From Elainellaceae cyanobacterium (GTDB lineage: Bacteria > Cyanobacteriota > Cyanobacteriia > CAZCXK01), in contig JBNPEG010000081.1 in NCBI GenBank assembly GCA_051117555.1, forward strand, positions 1 through 16,154: a stretch of 16,154 nt of DNA, read 5' to 3'. Position numbers and translations under genes: made by a program. The stretch's first letter is position 1. Each line of letters begins with the position of its first letter. Below the pieces are notes generated by a model. The model was not told the origin of the DNA. It saw only the letters and a program-made list of their open reading frames with translations, and ran no database searches. Below, in pieces: positions 1 through 6,263 of the stretch.

Positions 1-117
1 AAGCAGATTGGTCGTCGCGTCAAAATCTCAGGTGCTCAGTGGAATGAAAACAACGTTCCACAAGTCCTGGCTCATCGTTGCGCTTACCTCAATGGCATGA
101 TTGGGGCGCAAAAGTGA
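1..117 (+). CDS. C-terminal end of an ISKra4-family transposase (partial; runs off the left edge)
   Basis: Frame 1 reads KQIGRRVKISGAQWNENNVPQVLAHRCAYLNGMIGAQK-stop. This matches the characteristic C-terminus of cyanobacterial ISKra4-type transposases. It is not in the ORF track. Confidence 0.85.
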   Translation, partial: KQIGRRVKISGAQWNENNVPQVLAHRCAYLNGMIGAQK

Positions 118-126
118 CATGCTCCC
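1..126 (+). mobile_element. Right end of an ISKra4-like insertion sequence; candidate terminal inverted repeat at 108-126 (GCAAAAGTGACATGCTCCC)
   Basis: The transposase stop lies inside a terminal sequence ending in CCC (GGGAGCATGTCACTTTTGC on the minus strand), as expected for this family. The NACHT gene sequence begins directly after it. The other end is outside the window. Confidence 0.75.
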
Positions 127-1053
127 AACTACATGTCCCTGATCAACACCAGTCCACACAGCAAATCGGTTGGCAAAGGTTGTAACAGCGGCAATTCGAG
201 CTGCCACAATCAAGCGTTGATCACTATCTAAGCTGCCTACACGGCTTGAAGCATGACGGCTTTCATTCACTTCTTCACAGAGAAGCTTACATCCCTCAAG
301 ATAAAGTTCATGAAGTCTCTGATCTAGAGGGAATTGCCCACTATGACGGCGGTATGTGTTCAGCAAAAATCCTAGCGTGATTGGTTTGATTGCTAGGGGG
401 ACAGCATCCTTCTGATCAATTTCCTTCAGGAAATTATCAGGAGAAAAGTTGTCAACTTCTGCGGCTTCGACGACATCGATACGCCGAAGCGGAGCTAACT
501 CATAAACTCTAAAACAATCTTCTTTCCAAAGCTCCTTCAGTCCTTCTTCCAGGATTGCTGGAAATACGAATGTCCGACACGCTAGACGCAGATGAAGACG
601 ATTAATATGATTCTGATATTTTGGCTTCTTAAGCTCATCAATTAAACCTGTCGCTAGAGTTGGAATGCTCAAAAGACCTTCATCAAGGCTATCCAGAAAC
701 AGATAAAGATGATGACTATTCCCTAACCAATCAGTAAAAGTTTCATCCCTAAACAGATCTTCTTTTAGATTGGTACAAGATCGGAGATTCAGTTCTAAGA
801 CTTGACTGGCTTCGCAGATTTCCTTTTCCGTAAAGTCTTTTAGCTTTTCCAATTCACGAGACTTCCCGATGCCTGGTTCCCCTAGCAAGACTAGACATGG
901 AACATCAGCGATCGCCTCTAAACTCACTAAATCTGGGTTATATGCCTTCCCCCATTCCCCATCTGGATCACACAGATAACCACCACAAGCCAGATTAATA
1001 TTACCTGACCGAGGGCACCAAAATCGTTTCCAGTCATAGTCCTTTTTCGGCAT
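127..1053 (-). pseudogene. 5' part of a NACHT/STAND P-loop NTPase gene, interrupted by the IS
   Basis: Walker A LLGEPGIGKS, Walker B LYLFLDSLDE and a downstream RLACRT motif are present. The last ~32 codons of ORF 28..1053 (GSMSLLRPNH...) are read-through into the antisense strand of the IS. Confidence 0.8.
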
Positions 1054-1551
1054 ATTGAACAGCGATGAGGGCAGAACTCCTTCTCAAGGATAACTTCCTC
1101 CAAAGGGTTTAATGCCCTTACCCCACTGCCTCAAAAGATAGGTTGGCTAAGTTATCCACAAGGCATACATCTCAACAGATTGTCTTCAAGGAAGTCCCAA
1201 CCGACAGCTTGAGCAGACTAAACTACATGTAGACAGTTGCTTCTATCTAATCCCCCTGCCTACATGTCCAAAATGGCAATTCGTGCATTCTGGCTATCTC
1301 CTGATAAGAGAGGAGTTAGACAGAGCCCTAGCTAGGTCTGCATCAAAAATTAGCTCCATCGCTTCAGTAAATCTTCACATAGAAGACGGAATTATCTCGT
1401 GCGCGCCCTTTTCATCGCAAATACGCACACCCCGTCATCAGCCATCGTGCGATCGCCAAGATTCCAAAACTGCTTAATTAGTGCTCAGAGATGCTTAATT
1501 ACTGTTCTGAACGGTAATTTTGGTGTTCTGAGTGATAAATTAGCAGGTCTT

Positions 1552-1619
1552 AGATCCCCGGCGTCTAACTAAAGCTCTTCGATTATCCCCGACCCGGTCG
1601 ATTGATAAGCCGGGGATCT
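1552..1619. repeat. Small palindromic dispersed repeat (AGATCCCCG...CGGGGATCT type)
   Basis: Perfect 11-bp inverted repeat AGATCCCCGGC (1552-1562) / GCCGGGGATCT (1609-1619), resembling a common cyanobacterial intergenic repeat. Confidence 0.6.
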
Positions 1620-1645
1620 GCCCCCAAAGAAATTCATTAATACGG

Positions 1646-1884
1646 TTGTTTTTACCAACAACGTGCGGTATTCTCGGCTATCAAGCGCTCAAACATGAGC
1701 AGCGTCCCCCAGCAGTGGTAGCAACACTTGCCGGGAGACTAACCCCCGAACTCTGAATCAGCAGAATCGGAGGCTATGGATTGTTTTACCACACTCCTGT
1801 AGCCATCCCAATTCGCGATGCCTTATAGCGGGGTGGCTTCTCGTTTGAGCGCTCCTTACAACTACCCAAAAGGAGTGTTTCATC
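1646..1884 (+). promoter_or_regulatory. Putative promoter and structured 5' leader of the 78-aa gene, containing an 8-codon mini-ORF (1776-1802)
   Basis: TTGTTT(1646)-17 bp-TATTCT(1669). Imperfect hairpin at 1703-1739. GGAGG followed by ATG GAT TGT TTT ACC ACA CTC CTG TAG. ACACTCCT (1791-1798) is complementary to the downstream SD region AGGAGTGT (1871-1878). 1684-1694 pairs perfectly with 1843-1853. Confidence 0.55.
1700..1776 (-). ncRNA. Candidate cis-antisense RNA (SymR/Sok-like arrangement)
   Basis: A minus-strand promoter-like pair TTGGGA (1811-1806)-17 bp-TAAAAC (1788-1783) would start transcription at about the mini-ORF ATG. The RNA would end in the 1703-1739 hairpin. The -10 is imperfect and there is no clear U-tail, so this is inference only. 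Confidence 0.35.
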
Positions 1885-2121
1885 ATGGTAAATCCCAACG
1901 AACCGCCTGAGCGGTTTGACCCATCCTCATGCAATAACGACGACCGAGAAGTACTGCGCGTGATTGCCGTCGGTTCGCTCAAAGCAGTAAACCACCACAT
2001 CATGCAGATGTATCAACTCGGTTATGCTCAGCCTTACGAATGGTCAAAACCCATTCCCACCGTGAATCCTAACGAAGTGATGCAAATTCTCACGAAACGC
2101 ATCATGGGCTTGAGCGATTAA
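1885..2121 (+). CDS. Small conserved cyanobacterial hypothetical protein (78 aa)
   Basis: Good SD (AAGGAG). The pattern RE.LR.I..GS...V...I......GYA...EWS...PT.NP.EVM.IL is one I recognise from a multicopy cyanobacterial hypothetical family. Confidence 0.75.
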   Translation: MVNPNEPPERFDPSSCNNDDREVLRVIAVGSLKAVNHHIMQMYQLGYAQPYEWSKPIPTVNPNEVMQILTKRIMGLSD

Positions 2122-2151
2122 TCCAAGGCAGTGACGCCGAATGTCAAAGGT

Positions 2152-2195
2152 GCGATCGCCCGTGCCCTGAGAATCTCAGCGGGAGGGGCGATCGC
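2152..2195. terminator. HIP1-closed stem-loop between convergent genes (possible bidirectional terminator)
   Basis: GCGATCGCCC (2152-2161) / GGGCGATCGC (2186-2195) encloses CTGAG-AAT-CTCAG. It lies between the stops at 2121 and 2207. No U-tail. Confidence 0.4.
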
Positions 2196-2206
2196 CTAAC
2201 GCCCCC

Positions 2207-3490
2207 TTAACGAACATTGGCAATGCTATCTACAGTTGGGAGAGAAATCGAAAGATGTCCCAACTTTTCAGCCTTCGTTGATAAATAGCGAGCATTAAAC
2301 GAATTGATATCCGTCACCAACGGAATTCGATCAACCACATTGAGCCCAAACCCCCTCAAGCCCGAAATTTTACGAGGATTATTGGTAATCAGTCGAATAT
2401 TGCGAACACCAATATCATTCAGAATTTGCGCGCCGATCCCATAATTTCGCAAATCAGGCTTAAATCCAAGTTTCTCATTCGCTTCAACCGTGTCAAATCC
2501 CTTATCCTGCAATGAATAGGCTTTGAGCTTATTCACCAACCCAATGCCTCGACCCTCCTGTCGGAGATACACCACGACACCGTGTCCTTCCTGTTCGATC
2601 ATTCGTAATGATGTATGAAGTTGTGCTCGACAATCACATCGCAGAGAACCAAGGATATCCCCGGTCAAACATTCAGAATGCACGCGCACCATCAACGTCC
2701 GGTCATGGAAGGTAGCAGGATCACCTTTGACAATTGCAATATGCTCTGAATGGTCAAGCACATTGCGATACGCATAGACATCAAACTGACCAAATTCGGT
2801 CGGCAGACTCGTTGAAGCTTCACGGTAAACCAGTCTTTCCTGGTGTAAGCGATAGTTGATCAAATCTGCAATGCTAATCATCTTCAACTGGTGAGTTCGC
2901 GAATACTCAACGAGATTGGGCAACCGTGCCATCGAGCCATCAAGATTCTGGATTTCGCAAATTAGCCCCGCTGGATATAATCCTGTAAATCGCATCAAAT
3001 CAACAGCGGCTTCAGTATGTCCGGCTCTGACTAAAACTCCACCTTTCTTTGCACGCAGCGGAAAGACATGCCCCGGACGACACAAATCATCCGGTTGAGT
3101 CGCGGGGTTAATACAGGCTTGAATCGTTAGCGCTCGATCGTTTGCCGAAATTCCTGTCCCGCCACCGAGTTTTTTAGATGCATCAACACTGACTGTAAAT
3201 GCAGTTTCATGGTCATCCGTATTCCGCTGAACCATGTCTTTTAAATTGAGTTCATCGAGGCGAGAACCCTCCATCGCAAGACACAATAACCCACGAGCAT
3301 GAGTCGCCATGAAGTTGATGACTTGAGGCGTGACAAACTGAGCTGCACAGATTAGATCGCCTTCATTTTCTCGATGCTCATCATCTACAACAATCACCAT
3401 TCGTCCAGACCTTAATTCTGCTAATGCATCTGGAATTGAATCAAATAAATGGCGATTAATTGAGACTGGTTCAGTGGTATTAGTCTGCAT
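2207..3490 (-). CDS. ribBA: Bifunctional 3,4-dihydroxy-2-butanone-4-phosphate synthase / GTP cyclohydrolase II
   Basis: DHBP synthase motifs [34 protein letters not shown] and RAGHTEA. GCH II motifs [10 protein letters not shown]...RCDC (Zn ligands), QEGRGIGL and TNNPRK. Start placed at ATG 3490 (track uses TTG 3502). Confidence 0.95.
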   Translation of the reverse strand: MQTNTTEPVSINRHLFDSIPDALAELRSGRMVIVVDDEHRENEGDLICAAQFVTPQVINFMATHARGLLCLAMEGSRLDELNLKDMVQRNTDDHETAFTVSVDASKKLGGGTGISANDRALTIQACINPATQPDDLCRPGHVFPLRAKKGGVLVRAGHTEAAVDLMRFTGLYPAGLICEIQNLDGSMARLPNLVEYSRTHQLKMISIADLINYRLHQERLVYREASTSLPTEFGQFDVYAYRNVLDHSEHIAIVKGDPATFHDRTLMVRVHSECLTGDILGSLRCDCRAQLHTSLRMIEQEGHGVVVYLRQEGRGIGLVNKLKAYSLQDKGFDTVEANEKLGFKPDLRNYGIGAQILNDIGVRNIRLITNNPRKISGLRGFGLNVVDRIPLVTDINSFNARYLSTKAEKLGHLSISLPTVDSIANVR

Positions 3491-3602
3491 TCGTGGTTTC
3501 AAAACTAAGATGAATTGATGACCTAATCAAAACTATTAATCGACAGCTTAGCGATGACCACTATGACAAATCGTAATTTTCAATACATATCTAAGGCTGC
3601 GC

Positions 3603-3873
3603 TATTCCATTTTGGAATATATAGGCTTGGACTCGATCAAATTCAGATTTCCAAATTGGAAAAATGCTTGTTCTAGAGCATCAGAGACATGTCAAGCATA
3701 TTTAAATACGACACAAGTATCGGTTTTCCTTAAAAAATCTGCGGATTTTTTGCGTCTTTAGTTCGCAAATTGAATGCTTTCCTTAAGAGCTTTATTCCGA
3801 AAGAGAATAGGTAATTTAGTAAATTTAGCTACGGAATTTAATGTGTTCAGTTGAGATATTCCATAACGTAATA
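3603..3873. promoter_or_regulatory. Four copies of a palindromic operator, consensus TATTCC-N5-GGAATA (T-N11-A core)
   Basis: TATTCCATTTTGGAATA 3603-3619 (perfect arms); ATTTCCAAATTGGAAAA 3647-3663; TATTCCGAAAGAGAATA 3793-3809; TATTCCATAACGTAATA 3857-3873. Confidence 0.6.
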
Positions 3874-3889
3874 GCTGAATAAATGTTAC

Positions 3890-3930
3890 GTATATCTGCA
3901 TACAATGTTCAAAGAAATAGCTGATAATGT
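3890..3930 (+). promoter_or_regulatory. NtcA-type activated promoter upstream of the symporter cluster
   Basis: GTA-TATCTGCA-TAC(A) at 3890-3903, a 21-nt spacer, then TAATGT (TAN3T) at 3925-3930 preceded by TGn. A second GTA-N8-TAC lies at 3819-3832. Confidence 0.65.
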
Positions 3931-3993
3931 TTACTCTCAAATCACCCAATAAAACAGTTTGTCACTTTCTTTTATTAGATTTGGGAGTAAAGA

Positions 3994-5466
3994 ATGGCAG
4001 GTATTGAGTTAGTTGCAAATCCTTCTTTGGCTCCAAGCCAAGGGATAGCAATGTTATTTTTGCTTGGATTAATATCATTAGGAGTCGCCTTTTATGTAAA
4101 ATCCAAGCTTGTTAAAAACACCCATGATTTCATCATTGCAGGACGTAAGTTAGGGTTTGGATTTGGTGTCGCCGGGTTAATTTCAGTCTGGACATGGGCG
4201 ATGGCAGTGATGATGTCGGCTGCGATGGCATATAACTTCGGATTGTCAGGATTGTGGTGGTTTACAGTCCCAAACGGGCTGGCTGTGATTGCCGTGATTC
4301 CATTTGCCAAACAGCTTAGAGAGAAGATGCCGCATGGCTATACCATGGGTGAATTTGTAAGCTCACGCTTTGATGGCGCAAAGCTGGCACGCATCGTAGT
4401 GACGGTAGGTTTAATTTTCGGTTCTCTGATTGAAATCATCATTAATTTGAAAGGTACGTCGCTGGTGATTTCTACAGTATTTGGGATGAACCCGACGACC
4501 GTTGCCGTCATTGCGATCGCCATTGTATTGATTTACAGCATGCTGGGTGGACTGTGGGCATCGATGTCTACGTCAACGTTGACAACGTTGTTTATCACAG
4601 TTCCTGCCTCAATTGTGATTATTTCAGTGTTACAGCATCTCGGCGGCGCTGCGCCTATTTGGGAAGAAGTGTCCGCACGAGGTAGTGAACTATTATCCGT
4701 CACACGCGCAGATGTTCCAGCCGCATTCGGAATCACCCTAGCGCTGGGATTGTTGACAGCAACCTTGGCAGGTCAATCTTTCTGGCAAGTCGTTTGGGGG
4801 CTCAAGCCTAAAGAAGTAGGACGGACATTTCTCTGGGCAGGGTCGTGGTTCTACCCAATCCCAATTTGCTTGGGGATTTTAGGACTCATTGGAATCGCGT
4901 TGAATGTGGATCTGGCAACCGATCTTGGTAATGATGCTGCCGCAGTTGGACCCTTTGTAATTTCTCATATTGGCTTACCCAACTGGTTAATCTATTCCTA
5001 TGTGTTTGTGATCCTTTCGGCCTGTTATTCAACCATGGATGGCGCACTGGCGTCGCTCAGCTCTATTGCGGCTGTGGATGTGATTAAACCTGTTTCACCC
5101 CAGGTTCAAGACCGCACTCTATTTGGTTTAACCCGGATTTCGATGCTGGTTGCAGCCGCAATTGCACTGATCGTGGTGCTATCGGGGATAGACTTCGTCA
5201 CGATTGTATTGACGACCTATGCCATTCGCACCGCAATCTTAGTGCCGTTGATGCTCGCAATCTTCTGGCCCAAGATGACAGCAAATGGATTTGTATGGGG
5301 AACGATTGCGGCGATCGCCATTGGCATGCCATTGCGGATGGTCTTTGGTGAATTAATCGGAACGCTTGCCATCTTAGGAATTAGTGCCGTGGTGCCCATT
5401 GCTCTCAGCTTTTCTAATACGCGTCCGTTTGATTACGACTCCCTCAAGCGAGTTGAAGATATCTAG
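3994..5466 (+). CDS. Sodium:solute symporter (SSS) family transporter, DUR3-like
   Basis: About 13 hydrophobic segments. SSS motifs DFIIAGR, YSMLGGLWAS and SACYSTMDG. SVWTWA...AYNFGLSGLWW resembles the WTWA segment of DUR3 urea/amine transporters. SD GGGAG. Confidence 0.85.
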   Translation: MAGIELVANPSLAPSQGIAMLFLLGLISLGVAFYVKSKLVKNTHDFIIAGRKLGFGFGVAGLISVWTWAMAVMMSAAMAYNFGLSGLWWFTVPNGLAVIAVIPFAKQLREKMPHGYTMGEFVSSRFDGAKLARIVVTVGLIFGSLIEIIINLKGTSLVISTVFGMNPTTVAVIAIAIVLIYSMLGGLWASMSTSTLTTLFITVPASIVIISVLQHLGGAAPIWEEVSARGSELLSVTRADVPAAFGITLALGLLTATLAGQSFWQVVWGLKPKEVGRTFLWAGSWFYPIPICLGILGLIGIALNVDLATDLGNDAAAVGPFVISHIGLPNWLIYSYVFVILSACYSTMDGALASLSSIAAVDVIKPVSPQVQDRTLFGLTRISMLVAAAIALIVVLSGIDFVTIVLTTYAIRTAILVPLMLAIFWPKMTANGFVWGTIAAIAIGMPLRMVFGELIGTLAILGISAVVPIALSFSNTRPFDYDSLKRVEDI

Positions 5467-5473
5467 CCGTGAT

Positions 5474-5508
5474 GAACTACTGACTTTGGGCGATCGCGGC
5501 AGTAGTTC
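5474..5508 (+). other. Intergenic stem-loop around a HIP1 site
   Basis: Perfect 9-bp inverted repeat GAACTACTG / CAGTAGTTC just after the symporter stop. No U-tail, so possibly an mRNA stability or processing element. Confidence 0.45.
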
Positions 5509-5568
5509 GGAATAGGGCGCATCATAAGACGCATTATCAATCTACGTCACCCTACAAAGAGGTCAACT

Positions 5569-6075
5569 ATGAAGACTCCAGCACATAATCATTCCTTGAA
5601 CGACTTCATTAAGCAAAGCAAATACTTCATCGTCGGTGCGTTAGCCACGGTAATAACACTCGCCATTCACGCCAAAGCTAATGCGGCATCTCCTGCAACG
5701 CTTGGGGGCTTCATTTCACCCATCACGATTATTTTTCTCATCGTCGGGATTGCAGTGTGTGTGTTCTATATCAAAGCAATGCTGACCATATTACATGAAG
5801 CCGCCGATTCGTACACCGAAGTGGAAGATGATACAGACGGTTCCTACTATGCTGCACCTGCATGGGGCGCGGCGTTAGCGGGAGTTATTGCTGCGATCGT
5901 AATCTGGTCGTATGGCGTAAATCCTTCATTTTTCTATTTAGGACCTGTGCTGTCAATGCTCAGCCCGATTGCAATTCTGTACTGCATGCTGCAAGACATC
6001 AAAAACTTTAAGTTGGCTCATATGGAAATGAGAGATAAGGACAATAAAGCGATTTCTGAACTGATTGAACACTAA
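5569..6075 (+). CDS. Hypothetical membrane protein (168 aa)
   Basis: SD AGAGG. Signal-peptide-like N-terminus ending AKANAA, then about three hydrophobic helices with an acidic loop (EVEDDTDG). Co-oriented with the cluster. Confidence 0.75.
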   Translation: MKTPAHNHSLNDFIKQSKYFIVGALATVITLAIHAKANAASPATLGGFISPITIIFLIVGIAVCVFYIKAMLTILHEAADSYTEVEDDTDGSYYAAPAWGAALAGVIAAIVIWSYGVNPSFFYLGPVLSMLSPIAILYCMLQDIKNFKLAHMEMRDKDNKAISELIEH

Positions 6076-6112
6076 CTAAAACTGAAAAACCGTGGGGATT
6101 ATCAGAACATAT

Positions 6113-6205
6113 GGGCGAACGGCTGTGCGCCAAGGCAGGCTACGCCAACGCCCCAACCCTTGGCATATCGCAAAGCTGTTCGCCCCCCGATCAACCCTTG
6201 GCATA
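6113..6205. repeat. Composite REP/SDR-like palindromic element
   Basis: GGGCGAACGGCT (6113-6124) pairs with AGCTGTTCGCCC (6174-6185); inner GCCAAGG/CCTTGGC. Contains AGGCTACGCCAACG. 14-bp direct repeat CAACCCTTGGCATA at 6154 and 6192. Confidence 0.55.
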
Positions 6206-6263
6206 CTGTGACATTATCTTCTCCCAGACTCAATCAACTACTGTTCGGCTACTGTTCGACTTG

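Noticed and set aside
127..1269. AACTACATGT at the IS junction (127-136) recurs at 1221-1230, and CTACATGTCC at 1260-1269
   Set aside because: Short matches on the same side of the IS, so not a target-site duplication. Probably chance.
1283..1477. 64-aa ORF on the + strand
   Set aside because: GTG start without a clear SD and no recognisable motif. Likely non-coding.
1758..2003. 81-aa ORF on the - strand
   Set aside because: Antisense shadow of the better supported 78-aa gene and its leader.
3491..3993. Possible FMN riboswitch before ribBA or guanidine (ykkC) riboswitch before the symporter; ORF 3758..3949
   Set aside because: None of the conserved riboswitch motifs is visible. The region is AT-rich promoter DNA and the ORF overlaps the operator sites.
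6111..6263. N-terminal 51-aa extension of the LysR ORF
   Set aside because: It runs through a palindromic repeat. LysR HTH domains start within a few residues of the N-terminus, which favours ATG 6264.
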